DNA of 63,973 nucleotides, counting the filler, from Hausera hauseri (Eukaryota): NCBI GenBank assembly GCA_046269625.1. It is 10 parts of 10 records of this genome, joined end to end, with 100 filler letters (N's around TTAATTAATTAA, not from the genome) between each part and the next. Parts side by side here need not be neighbours in the genome. Positions count along the whole stretch, not along the records: positions 18,245 to 41,082 come from JBJURY010033335.1; 9 more parts are not named here. One strand, 5' to 3'. Positions within the stretch are counted from its first letter, which is position 1, and every line of letters starts with the position of its first letter. Both the position numbers and the translations under genes were made by a program. This document shows, piece after piece, positions 24,468-37,313 of this stretch. The notes under the pieces were generated by a model. That model had not been told where the DNA came from, made no database searches, and was given only the letters and a program-made list of their open reading frames with translations.

Positions 24468-26092
24468 ATGGCAGAAAACCCGGACGCATCTGTTGAATCA
24501 GACAAATCGAGTAAGTTCTTTTAATTTATTAAATTCCTCTTGGAGGTGATAAGTTGTCATTTAAATTTTATGAATATGTGGGCGTAAACCTGGGATTGTT
24601 TACAGAATCTGCTCTTTTAGACTTCTGTTCTCACATTTTTCCCCTCATGATCTTAGAAAATGACTCCTGGAGTAGATTTTGCTTTTTTGGAGATAATATT
24701 TATATGAATATATGAATCACATGTAGAGTGTTTAGATAACAGAAAAATGAACAAACAAAGAAAAATAAAGAAATTTAAAAAAGACTTTTTCAACATTTTT
24801 ATTTGGATTTTGGCAGCTTTATATTTGCATTTATAGTGCTTAATATCACGGTGACGATATGAGCGATAAATCTCAAAAATATTGAATCATACGTGATAGA
24901 AAAATAATTTATTCATCTTCTCCTTGCGATTCTTCTGATCCTTGTCATCAGGGTTTATGGCTCCACTGTTTCTGTTAGATGAAATGTTTGATGATCAGAA
25001 CGAGACAAGGACAAGGTGTAATCGTTCTTGCTGTAATACTTCATCAAGTGGTTTGCTCTCCTTGGCCCAACACAGGCACCAAGAGGAATGTTACTGTCTG
25101 TTTAACATGCAAATGCCAGAGGTTTATATGGAGGTTTCATGAACTCTTTCGGCACACAAATTTTTCTAACACAGGACTGCACAGTTGTGTGTTACACTTT
25201 GTGTCTTGCAGCTGCATTAAAACTCAGACGACCTATCCACCGAGTACTTTTATTCTTCAACCACGTGTTTCTGTCTTTGTTAAATAAATATTTCTGCAAC
25301 ATTGATATTTTTCTGCTCTGTGTTCAGAGCAAAAAACAATTAATACATAATTTTGATTACAACATGATGGAGTGATTATGATTTGATGTTGATTGTCTGA
25401 TCCATTTTTTTATCAGACTTATGCTGACAAACCACATCAATGTAAACCTTGGGGGCAATCATTTATTGCAACTTATTTATTGTTTTGTGATATACATATC
25501 ACAAAAACTGGTTGTTATCAGAATAACGATAAATTTGTGATTTGTTATGCAGCCCTAGTCTGGATGTAGAAATGATCAGAACTTACAGTAGATGCTGTCG
25601 ATTGATTGATTGATTGATGATGCCTTTATTGTCATTGTCCAGAGCACAATCAAATTACATTTAAGAACACCCATTCAAGAAGACAGAAACACGACAAACA
25701 TGGGGGAACATATGAACAGGTCATGCAGCAACCAGCAGGGGTCGCGCTTTTTACAAAGAAAAACAAACAAAACACACAAGGATGGATGAGGAAAGAAAAC
25801 AATATTGTATTATATCATGAAATATGATTCACTATGGTGTTTATAAAAAAAACCTTTGAGAGCAGAAGCACATTCATTAACCAGAGGAGTGAGTGAGTCT
25901 GAGGAAATAGTATGAAAAACCCTGCTTCTAAAGGAAACCCATATCAGCCAGAGTTCAGTACTGCTGTTCAATTGTTCATACTGAGCAGCTCCGGGTTGAC
26001 CTTCAGGGGATCCGATTAGATGGAGTGAGAGGTGGGGGAGGAGCCACAAGTCGACGTCAATACCCCTGAGAAATTAGATCCACGGCCTTCAC

Positions 26093-26131
<39 letters not shown>

Positions 26132-27742
26132 GGTGGAGTGAATCTGTAGTCAGTTGTTTGGGAACAGAAGAAATGTTTTCGGTCAGCCAGACAATAAATT
26201 TCCATCTGTCTTAATGTCCGCTGGTACATCTCAATGTGGTGAATCCAATCAGACAAATATTGTGGACAATCCCACTGAGTCAAGCTCCCAGTTTCTTTAA
26301 GATCAATCCCATCTCGCCAGCTAAGTCCAGGAACAAAAGTCGGCCCATGACCCTCAGCAGAACCACTTGCAGACCGAGTCTCAGCTTGCTCAGTGCAAAA
26401 GTCTGAGTGCTGAAAGAACAGAAATCCTTCATGTTGGTCAGGCAGCCAGGAAAGGGCCTGAATAGCCACCAACACTGTTTGCAGAACACCAGAAGACCAC
26501 CAAGTCAATCTGAGCAGAACAGAGGTCCCACCTTTGATGTGTCCTCTCATGGAAAAAATTGCTCCAAAAATGTATTAAAAGACCAGGTAACCAAATCCAT
26601 AAAATAGAAATAAAAAATAAAAAAAAATGTTGGTTCAAATAATATAAAACTTTACTGATCCCACAATGGGAAATTTGCATATTACTGCAGCTCAACACAG
26701 TAATTCTATGTGCAACATGATATTTATTTATCTTTGAATATTTTCTTTTGTTTTACCACCGGAATTACTCAGAACAATAATGAAGTGAGGATTGTGATGG
26801 TTGGGAAGACTGGAATTGGAAAAAGTGCCTCTGGAAACACCATTCTGGGAAACGAGATTTCATTCCAAGTGTAGCTCTAAGTCTTTAACTCAGAAATGTT
26901 CTAAAGTCAGTGCAGAGATAGAAGGTCAGAAGGTTTCTGTCATCGACACACCAGGTCTGTTTGACACCAGCTCTGACCACCAGAAAACATCTGAAGATCT
27001 GAGTCAGTGCATCTACTTCGCTGCTCCTGGACCCCACATCTTCCTGGTGGTCATCTCAGTGGGCAGATTCACCCAGGAGGAGAAGGAGACGGTGAAGAAG
27101 ATTCAAGAACTGTTTGGAGAAGCTGCTGACAAATACAGCATGGTTCTCTTTACTCGAGGAGATGATCTTGAAGAAACAATTGAAGAATTCATTGATGAAA
27201 ACCAAGATATAAAAGACCTTGTTGAGCGATGTAACGGTCAGTATCATGTCTTCAACAACAAGCTGAGAGATAAGAAACCTCAAGTCCCTGAGCTGCTGAA
27301 GAAGATCAGACATGTTGTTCAGAAGAATGGAGGAAGCCACTACACCAATGACATGTTTCAGGAGGCTGAGAGAGACATCAGAGAGAAGCAGGAGCTCATC
27401 CTGAAGGAGAGAGAGGAGGAAATACGCAAAGAGAAAGAAGAAATTGAAAAAAAAGTTGCGGAAAAGTACGAAGAAAAGATAGAGAAAGTCAACAAGCAAA
27501 TCCAGGCTGAAAGAGAGAAGTGGAAGGAGACGGAAGAAAAGAGGACAAGAGAAAGTATGGAGAGAGAACAGAAGCTGAAGGATGAAAGAGATTTCCAAAT
27601 CAAACAGAAAGATGCAGAAGTCAAAGCTGAAATAGCCAGGGTCGATTATCTTCAAAGGGAACTAGCCAGAGCGCAAGCTGAACGTAAGCCAAAGAACTGG
27701 TTTCAGAAATTTTGCAATGCAATTTCAGTTCTATTCCGGTGA
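24468..27742 (+). pseudogene. GTPase IMAP family (AIG1) gene, frameshifted. Exon 1 24468-24510; exon 2 about 26762-27742
   Basis: [23 protein letters not shown] (P-loop) is out of frame with VIDTPGLFD, PGPHIFLVV, FTRGD and YHVFNN. Frameshift at about 26850-26858. Exon 1 is inferred from an ATG and a GTAAGT donor. Confidence 0.85.
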
Positions 27743-29289
27743 TGAAAATGGATTTTTGAACTAGGGTTGGGGGGGGGGTTTGGGGGGGGGCAGTTACCAA
27801 GTTATTTTTGTGTAGTATGGGTTCATACATAGAGCTCAAGTAGTTACTTTCGTATTAGTCCATGGTTTAATTAAAATATTGTAGAATTGCTAGAAATGAA
27901 TTATAAACAACAATGAATATTGTTAAATAAACATCTTTTGAATCAACACTAGCAATACATCTTTAAACTGTTGTTTGTTTGGAATAGGAGTCACCGACCA
28001 AAACCTGCCCCTTCAAACTTCCTCAATCCAAAATATAAAAGTAAATGTTTCTGCTGTGGTGCAGTTATTTGTACTCAAACAGCATATTTATATTATTATT
28101 ATTATTATCACCTGCATAATGCTATGTACTGTACCAGCTCTTTAAACTTAATAGGAATACAGTTTGACAATCAACAGAGAGGTACAGAGTTCAGGTGTTG
28201 CTCTGCAGATGTATTGTTTTATACTTTAACATTAAACCAGGATAATCTGAAGCATTGTAATGTGTGTGAAGGACACACTAGTGGGGGTCCTCCCCCAGAA
28301 AGGTTAGAATTTAGTAGATTCAGTTTCCTGCATCCTGGTGAATTTAAAAAAGTTGTTACGTATACTTTTACCCACTTAAACACTTGATTGAATAAATATT
28401 TTAGACATTTTTCATTCAACTAGTAGGATCTGCCTGTTTTTTCACTGCTGGGGCTGTGATCATTAATTAATGTGACAATTTATCACAAAAAGTGACAATA
28501 AAGCATTTGATTTTTATATTGTTTGTTCTTGATTTACTTTTACTTGTAAAACATGTTATTGAGCCAAAAAATGGTGACCCTTAAAATGAGTATTAATAAC
28601 TTTACCCAGTGAATAGAAAAAATACTTGGAAGGTATTTATGATTTAATGACAGGTCCCATCGTAACAAACCGTCATGATATCACACAGCCATCAGAACAT
28701 AAAATAAAACAATGGACACATAATATATATATATTTTTCATTTTTTCCAACTGATGCATGGATGTTTGGAACTGGTTACAAAGTTAATGATGGATGCATT
28801 GACAGAGTTGTTTACTGACTTTTATTTACCCGGGCAAATCCTAATTGTCATTTCTTGAAACTTAAAGTTGTCAATCATTATATCTTTAGATTCACAATTT
28901 CTTTCATGAAGTTCACACAGCTGACTAGAATGTACTCAAAATAAATATTAGTTTCACCAAACATTTTATTTTTCATTCACACCTGCCCATCACCATCATC
29001 ACTCATGTGACTGGACCGTGTCCCTACCTGCTGACTCTGACTCTTCGAGTTCCTACATCAACAGACATGGAGATGGATTACGTACTGGGTTATTTTTACA
29101 GGGGTTTTACTGATACCTGATGTTACATAGCTTCAAAGAACCAAGAAAATACTGTTAAATAACAGATGACTAATTGTCTTTTCCATCATCCTACTCTTAA
29201 AAGTTAGTTCTCTGACCATGAAGCACTCTTTTTAAGCAGAAAATTCTGAACTCCAAATAAAAATGATATTCTTGCAATAAATTACAAGT

Positions 29290-30620
29290 AAACTAGTAAA
29301 ATAAATTCTGAAGAAATTTAAAAGGGGCTTGCCCATGCAATGCATGGGGAGCACCAAAAAACATGAAAACTCTAACAAAATTCTTCACATCTATTCCCAT
29401 CTTCAACTTCATGTGAATTTACTGCACCTGAGTGAAAAGACAAGACTTTGATTGTGGTTTTATGATTTTAGGTGTGACCTTTGTGATATATGTTGTTTAT
29501 TGTAGGCCAAAGGTCAACATTAAATCTGTTAATTTGATACAGCTGTTCTTAAGACATGCCGGGAACCCCTCAAAACCACCAAAAACCATGTGAGGGCGGA
29601 AAACCACCAAAAACTGAAATTCAAAATGGCCGACCTGTCATTTTGCATCTTGCTCCTTGGTTTCACTATCAGTGATCACTAATGACACACAAAATAATTT
29701 GGTGCAGATTGGATAAAGTCTCAGTGAGTTATAATTTTTTATCTATTCTAGGTGGCGCTGTTGAGTGAAAGTCCAATGTTGCATTATTGGATTATTATTG
29801 GATTCTTCTGTTCCAGTTTGAAACAGATGGGATCATGTGTGTGTGATTTAGAACCAAACGTGTGCAAACGGTGAGGCATCATCATCTGCCACTCGGTCAC
29901 GCCCACAAAATCCAGCCAAGAGTTGGTGCTGAGATAAGCCTGCAGCATCAAGTTGTTGTGTCACGACACAAAGGTAGATATCTATGAGTCAGTGTAAAAG
30001 ATAAAGATCCAACAGGTGAATGAGGCACTTCCTGTTATGAGGGGGCGGGGCTAAGGCGATGTCACCACATCATCTCATGCGCGTGATGAGTGCTGGTTCA
30101 GTATGACACCTAGAAATGATCATGCATATGTGACCTTGTATGTATCAATACAGAGCCTGTCTGCAGCCTCACCCAATCAGAAGGCTGGAATCTGGGGCTG
30201 TGACAGGCTGGGTGAGATTTGTTCCAACAGCTCTGGTGTCTGGAAAAACAAGCCGCTGTATAAAAACTTTAAGGTGTATTGAAATAATTCTTGGGCGGTG
30301 AGCGTCAGAAGACTTTGATCTTTACTGAAATTAATTTTCAAGCATGTACATGGCTTGATGGCTGAGATATCGCGAGTTAAAAAGAGTAAACCTTTGACTT
30401 CTGAAGAGTTCAGTCAGCTAAATTTTACATGAGAAAAATAGGAAGAGTGGCTGGACTTTGCTGACTCCTGAAGCACTTTGAGAGAGAACCGTTTGTCCTA
30501 GAGCAAAAGAAGACACATTTTCTGAAAGCAGATAAAAAGTCCTACGTTTTGATTTATAATTTATCTGAGTATCATGAAGATTTTGGCTGTAGTAAGAGTT
30601 TTTATGCAAAAGAACTTTTG
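29290..30620. mobile_element. Non-coding interspersed repeat (possibly Helentron-associated non-autonomous element)
   Basis: AAACTAG start with CAAAATGGCCGAC, AGGTGGCGCTG and CACGCCCAC motifs recalled from fish repeats. Boundaries uncertain. Confidence 0.3.
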
Positions 30621-30653
<33 letters not shown>

Positions 30654-31514
30654 GGTGAGCGAGGAGGTATGACCAGGACTTTTGTTTAAAACGAGAGAAC
30701 GTGACAGCTAGCTTTAATTTGAGAGTCTAACATTCCTGAAAACATTTCTAACTCGTCTAAACTACGGTGGCCCATGATGGTCAACAAAATGCAAAAGCAG
30801 CAAATAATTTTTGTTGACCGCAGAGGCCCTTGAAGGGTTTTCTTGAACAACTTTGAGCTGATCTAATGAAATCTCTCAGCATTCCTCAGCCTGTCTGGCC
30901 AGACCCTCCCATTTTGACCAAAATTATACATCTGGCCATTAGAGCTGGCCAGAGCAGTTGGAGAGAAGTAGGAAACACTGAGCCGGCTTGTCAGCTGTTA
31001 GTAGAGGTTAGCTAAAGCCCCACCATTCAAGTTGAATTAAAAATAATAGGAACCTCTGGACCTTCTGGACACATTTAAGAGACTCTGGCTTCAAGTGTCT
31101 GTTAACTGCAGCTTCTCTACCTGCACAGCCTCACCTGGTGAGTTTAAAACAAACAGACTGGATCATGGTTCTGTAAAATGAGGCATTCAAGGCTTTGTTT
31201 GTGAAAACTAGTAACAAATAATTCAGCTCTGTCAGCAGGTAGATCCTCAGATAAATCAGCTAATTATTCTCTCCATGGTGTCCAAGTTATGTTTGTCTTA
31301 ATCAGCCATTAAAGTTTTAACAGGAATGTTTTTTTAATTAACAGTCAGATTGAATGTTAGACTGATGGTTCAGGGCCCTCATGCATAAACGAGTGCACAG
31401 CTTTCACACCAAAAGTTGGCATAGGTACAAATTTAGAAAGGTGCGCCACACAAAAAAATTGGATGTATAAAACTGAGCAGATGCATGTTTCTACAAACGT
31501 TTCCTTTATATACC

Positions 31515-32029
31515 TGTGAAGATATTTCTAATGTTTTTCTATGCTGCTTTCATATATTTTCATTTTAACAGGCTTTAAATCAGATGTCTTTAAATGTCTC
31601 ATGAAGGATAAAAGGATCTTTATGAATGTGTTTACAAAATGATTACACTCCAGGAAGTTGAATAAATGTATTCATATACTATATAAATCTCTAACTTGGT
31701 GAATAATTAGTTCAACTAAAGAAGTCACATTCCTCAGCTCCAGAAGAAGGAAAGCAGGCTGATGGACTATTGGATGGATCATGACAGTGATAAACTTCAG
31801 AACCAATCAGAGAGATCCATGAGAAACCAGAGGACTTCCCCCTCATGGATTAACCAATCAGATGAATGAAGTGTGAGCTAAGGCAGCTGTAAGATACAGT
31901 CCTCTTGTCTCTTGGTTGAGGGGTCACAGGAGACCCACAGCTGTGAATTCCTTTGTTCAACTTCTCTGTAATAAATTTGTTAACTTTTCTTAAGTGTTAA
32001 TCTGGTCTCTCATGAAAATGAACACAACA
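31515..32029 (+). mobile_element. Solo LTR (ERV- or Gypsy-like), 515 bp
   Basis: TGTG...AACA termini, 4-bp TSD TACC (31511-31514 and 32030-32033), two AACCAATCAG boxes and AATAAA near 31970. It splits another repeat. Confidence 0.75.
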
Positions 32030-32259
32030 TACCTGAGACCCCTCTCCTGACACACCTCCATTTAAATATGTAAAATAGATGTAAATGTCTCCAGCTTGTG
32101 AGATTCTCCTCAGATTGTCCTCTCTGTGAAATCAGAAATGATTTTTAGATGCAGGAAAATTAAACATTAAATGGAGAATGAATGAGAAAACTGTCTAAAT
32201 AAATAAAGGGGTGTAAAAATGTGTTTTCCACATGCAAAGATGTGTGTTGATGTGTACGT

Positions 32260-34260
32260 GTGTGTGAAGCTGTCTTCAGCAGCGTCTCATACCACTTATA
32301 TGCAGATAACGTGCAGTTATACTGCTCCTTTACTGACTCCAATTACCAAAAGATAACTTTTCCCATAATTTTAGTCACTAAAGTTAAAAAGGGGTTGTCT
32401 GACAACTTGCTGCTTCTAAACATTAACAAGACAGAGACCTTGATCCTGGCCCCTGAAAATAAAATCTCTAAGATACAAACCATATTCCAAAAAAGTTGGG
32501 ACACTGAACAAATTGTGGATAAAAACAGAATGCAATGATGTGGAGGTGCCAACATCTAATATTTTATTCAGAACAGAACACAAATCACAGATCAAAAGTT
32601 TAAACTGAGAGAATGTATCATTTTAAGGGAAAAATATGTTGTTTCAAAATTTCATGGCGTCAACAAATCCCAAAAAAGTTGGGACAAGTCCATTTTTACC
32701 ACTGTGTGGCATCCCCCCTTCTTCTTACAACACTCAACAGACGTCTGGGGACAGAGGAGACCAGTTTCTCAAGTTTAGAAATAGGAATGCTCTCCCATTC
32801 ATGTCTAATACAGGCCTCTAACTGTTCAATCAACTTGGGCCTTCTTTGTCGCACGTTCCTCTTCAAGATGCGTCAAATGTTCTCTATAGGTGAAAGATCT
32901 GGACTGCAGGCTGACCATTTCAGTACCCGGATCCTTCTCCTACACACCCATGATGTTGTGATTGCTGCAGAATGTGGTCTGGCATTATCTTGTTGCAAAA
33001 TGCAGGGTCTTCCCTGAAAGAGCTGACATCTAGATGGGAGCATATGTTGTTCTAGAACCTGAACATAGTTCTCTGCATTAATGGGGCCTTTCCAGACAAG
33101 CAAGCTGCCCATGCCGCAAGCACTCATGCAACCCCATACCATCAGTGATGCAGGCTTCTGACCGGAGCATTGATAACAACTTGGATTATCCTTGTCCTCT
33201 CTGGTCCAGATGACATGGTGTCCCAGTGTTCCATGAAGAACTTCAAATGGTGACTCAACAGTCTTCCATTTAGCCACACTCCATTTTAAATGACCCCTGT
33301 GACCCCTGGCCCACTGCAAACGGCTGAGCTTATGGAGCTTGCTTAGAAATGGCTTCCTCTTTGCACTGTGGAGTTTCAGCTGGCAACGGTGGATGGCAGG
33401 GTGGATTGTGTTCTCTGATAATGCTTTCTGGAAGTATTCTTGAGCCCATTCTCTTATTTCCTTGACAGTAGCGTTCCTGTTTGAGGTGCCGTGATGTTTA
33501 AGGGCCCAGAGATCATTAGCATCCAGTAGAGTTTTATGGCCTTGACCCTTATGCACAGCGATTGTTCTAGATTCTCTGAATCTTTTGATGATGTTATGCA
33601 CGGTTGATGATGATAACTTAAAAGTTTTTGCTATTTTTAAGCTTTCTGTGCAACAATGGTGGAATTGGGGATCCTCTTACCATCTTGGCTTCAGAGAGAC
33701 ACTGACACTCTGAGAAGCTCTTTTTATACCCAATCATGTTATCAATTGACCTAATTAGTGTTAAATGGTCTTCCAGCTGTTCGTTATATGCTCAATTTCC
33801 TTTTTCCAGCCACTTATTGCTACTTTTTCCAACTTTTTGGGGATTTGTAGACACTGTGAAATTTTGAATAAACATATTTTTCCATTAAGATGTTACATTT
33901 ACTCAGATTGAACTTTTGATCTGTCATCTATGTTCTATTCTGAATAAAATATTGACATTTGTCATCTCCACATCATTGCATTCACTTTTTATTCACAATT
34001 TCTTAAGTGTCACCAACTTCTTTGGAATCCTGTTTGAAGAAGGACATCTCAGCTCTTTAGGTTCAACTGTGCAGCAGAATGTGTTCTCAACCTGGGAGTA
34101 AATTTAGACTCATATCTTTTTCTAGATAAACACGTAAAGAATTTGGTTTCCACATGCAACTTTCAACTTTGTAATACTTATAAACTTCAACTCCTGCTGT
34201 CCGCTTCAGGCTTGGAAATGGTAATTCACCCCTTCATTATTAAGCACATAGATTGTAGTA
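32260..34260 (+). mobile_element. L2-clade LINE RT fragment interrupted by the Tc1 element
   Basis: SYHLYADNVQLY...LLLNINKTETLI lies before 32475, and NLGVNLDS...DKHVKNLV...LEMVIHPFI follows 34037. Confidence 0.75.
32476..34036 (-). mobile_element. Tc1-family transposon with long TIRs and a decayed transposase (core ORF 33601-32873)
   Basis: TIR CAAACCATATTCCAAAAAAGTTGG versus ...CCAACTTCTTTGGAATCCTGTTTG, preceded by TA. Motifs LMVWGC, QQDNARPH and SPDLSPIENI. The first catalytic Asp region is deleted. Confidence 0.92.
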
Positions 34261-34625
34261 GGGGTGCACGACACTGATGATTGGTGTTCCTGGGACTCAC
34301 ACTCTGCAGCTGTGGCTGATTTGCACTGATGGGCTCCACTGGTATTTAGGACTCAGTCTTACTTCTGATCTTCGCTGGAGCAACATGTCTATTGGGATTT
34401 TTGCCTCTGTTGCCAGTGCCTGCCCCACCCAAGGGATTTATCTAAAAACTCACCTGGAACACTTCCCTTCTCCTGGATTTATGTACCTCCTCCATGTCCA
34501 TCGCTTCATGAAAATCTGTAAGAAAGAAAAAGAACATTATTAGTTCTAAATACCTGTTACTTCCTGGATCTCTACTATTTTTGCCTCTCACCTTGTCCTT
34601 CCCTGCTCTTCCAGATCCCCTAGAT

Positions 34626-37313
34626 CAGGGGTATTCAAGAAAACTGTGAGGAGGTCCAGTTCAAAGAAATTTTCTCAAGCCAGAGGTCCGCAATATTGTC
34701 TATTTGCAGTATGACAATATCGGAATACATGGTGTTAAAAAAATAATAATACAGGTTAAAATAATTTAAAAGAAGTTTATTAGCACTGAAACACAGGATA
34801 ACATTGTGTGGCTGCAGTTTAAATTAAAAATAACGAAATTATGTATTCAAAAATAAAGAAAGTGCTTAAGAAAAAATAGCAGCTTCAGTTTTCTTTTCAT
34901 TGAACAATCTCAATATTTCTGCTCAACAAAACAACTCTCAAAACACCTGAACTATTTCTCTTACAGATTTCTCTTACATCTGTCTTCCCCCAATTTCTCT
35001 TCCTCAGTGTGAGAATTGAGCTTTGGCTTGCCCTGCCAACATTTTAAATCTGGGCTTGAAGGAGGTCAGGGCCATTCTCATGCACATGTGCAGATGCTCA
35101 TCGGTGAGCTTGGAACGATATTTTGTTTTTATTATGTTCATTGTAGAGAACGCTGCCTCACAGCTGTATGTGGAGCCGAACATGGTCAAGATAAACAGGG
35201 CCACTTTTTTCAGATCTGGGAAAGCTGTCTCAGAAACCATCTGGAGCCAGAATGTAGTAGATTCAGTTCTTGCAAATTGCTCCTTCAGGGCCACATCTGC
35301 CTGGAGGTCAATCATTTGCATCTGGAGAGGCCCAGTGTTTGCCCACTTGAAGTGATGTGTGACATCATTTGTGAATGCTCTGACATCAGTGATGAGAAAT
35401 GGATTCTGTATGAAGAGGGTGAGCTCCTCTCCAATGCTGAAGCTATCAAAGCGTTTGCTGAAGTTTTCAATCAACTTGTCAACAAAGTCAACAAAAGAGG
35501 AGACATCTCTATGGTCCTGCACCTGTTCTTTCACTTTTGGGAAGTGTGTGTAGTCTCCTTGCAGATCTTCTTTATACACCTGAAGTTTTCGTTGAAATGA
35601 GCGGACAGCTGTCATCAGATCACAAATGGAATTGTTCTTTCCCTGCAGCTGCAAATTAAGCCCATTCAGGTGTGACATGATATCAGCCAAAAAAGCTACG
35701 ATACCCATGTTTTTCTTGTCATTTAGAAAGACAGAAAAGTTGGCTGCTTTCTGACTTTCCAGTTGTTCCAAGAAAGCTGTTACTTCATGTCTAATTGACC
35801 AAAATCGCTCTAGCACCCTGCCTTTGCTGAGCCATCTAACATTATTGTGTAGCAAAAGATCATCAGAGTTTGCATCAACCTCTTTGAGAAATTCCTTGAG
35901 CATGCGATGCTGACAAGAAGAAGATGCCCTGAGAAAGTTTATGATTTTCATCATTGTCTTCATCACCTCAGCATACTCATCTGACAGGGTGGAGCAAAGG
36001 ACAGCCTGATGAATAATGCAGTGGTAAGAGATCAGGTCAGCGTTGTCTTCTTTCAACCTTGCCACAGCTCCCTTTTCTCTCCCTATCATGGCAGGGGCTC
36101 CATCAGTGGTTATTGATATCACTTTTTTTGGCTTTATTCCTCGCTTTGCTAGCATTTCCTTAATGGCCAGGTAGATGTCTTCTCCTTTGGTAGTGGTCTG
36201 CAGGGGAGTCACACCTAAGAGGTCTTCACAGAACTGATTTTTCTCCCTGTTTAAGAATCTTATGTAAACCAATAGCTGAGCATTGTCAGACACATCAGTA
36301 GATTCGTCCACAGCCAGGCCAACACACGGTGCCTTACAAATAGCTTCTTCCAGCTGGGACAGTGAATCTTGAGCTAGTATCTCACTTCTCCTTGTGGCTG
36401 TGCAGGCTGACAGGGGTATTTTCTCTATTTTGTCACAGAGCTCATCTTTTTCTTTACCATCAAGTAACGCCTCTGCTATTTCAGTCATGCACTCTTTGAC
36501 TATACTTGCATCTGTAAAGGGCTTTTTGTGTTTCCCTAAAACCCAAGCAACACGGAGGGAACATTCATTAGCACGTTGTTGTGCGCTGAAAGCACGGCTT
36601 AATACCCTGGTGGACTGATCATATTGGGCAGTGAGACTTCGAATTTTCTGCGTCCGGAGTTCAGATTTAGGGGGGTATGATTGGTCAAATGCTTTGTGCT
36701 TAGTTTCATAGTGACGCTTGACATTGGCACTTTTAATAAGTGCCACGGTTTCGGAGCATATGAGGCACACTGGTTTCGTGCTCGCGGGTGGAAGAATGAA
36801 CATGTATGCATCAGTCCATTCCGTGTTGAACGCTCGATTTTCGGCATCTACTTTTCTCTTTTTAGAAAGCGCCATAGTGTTTGCACCTCTTCTTACTGTA
36901 ATTCACGCTCTGTCTTCCTATATCACCTCCCTGGGTTTCTCGCTTCAATCGCTTTTCGCTCGCCTTTCTCCTCCTCTTCCTTATATCACACTGTGTGGAT
37001 GTCTGTGCCTAGCTACAAACCTCTGCTTCGGTTTGCTCATACAACTCGCTCTGAGTTCAAGCTGGCGATTTGATTTGCTAGTTGAACCACGTGGTTAGTA
37101 TGACTCGCACGCGATTGGTTTGTAACTTCCAATCCTTGCTCAATGCAGTGCTGGTAAAAGCACTTGTTTCAGATAGGGAAAAAAATAAATGCTCCGGTTT
37201 AAAATTAATTCTCCCGTCAAAATTAACAAATATTTTAACAATTTATTCCGGGTCCGGATGGGATGGCATATGGGTCCGTATCCGGACCGAGGTCCGTTGG
37301 TTGCGGACCACGG
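34626..37313 (-). mobile_element. Full-length hAT (Buster/Charlie-type) transposon
   Basis: Perfect 8-bp TSD CCCTAGAT (34618-34625 and 37314-37321) with central TA. Ends CAGGGGTATTCAA and CCGTGGTCCGCAA. Confidence 0.92.
35004..36875 (-). CDS. Intact hAT Buster-type transposase, 623 aa (GTF2IRD2/Charlie-like)
   Basis: BED finger CLIC...RHYETKH, DESTD, TDGAPAM, HCIIH, VRWLS and FGSTYSCEAAFS. No interruptions. Confidence 0.95.
   Translation of the reverse strand: MALSKKRKVDAENRAFNTEWTDAYMFILPPASTKPVCLICSETVALIKSANVKRHYETKHKAFDQSYPPKSELRTQKIRSLTAQYDQSTRVLSRAFSAQQRANECSLRVAWVLGKHKKPFTDASIVKECMTEIAEALLDGKEKDELCDKIEKIPLSACTATRRSEILAQDSLSQLEEAICKAPCVGLAVDESTDVSDNAQLLVYIRFLNREKNQFCEDLLGVTPLQTTTKGEDIYLAIKEMLAKRGIKPKKVISITTDGAPAMIGREKGAVARLKEDNADLISYHCIIHQAVLCSTLSDEYAEVMKTMMKIINFLRASSSCQHRMLKEFLKEVDANSDDLLLHNNVRWLSKGRVLERFWSIRHEVTAFLEQLESQKAANFSVFLNDKKNMGIVAFLADIMSHLNGLNLQLQGKNNSICDLMTAVRSFQRKLQVYKEDLQGDYTHFPKVKEQVQDHRDVSSFVDFVDKLIENFSKRFDSFSIGEELTLFIQNPFLITDVRAFTNDVTHHFKWANTGPLQMQMIDLQADVALKEQFARTESTTFWLQMVSETAFPDLKKVALFILTMFGSTYSCEAAFSTMNIIKTKYRSKLTDEHLHMCMRMALTSFKPRFKMLAGQAKAQFSH

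Noticed and set aside
35016-36847. Alternative and antisense ORFs over the hAT transposase
   Set aside because: They are shadows of the real CDS.
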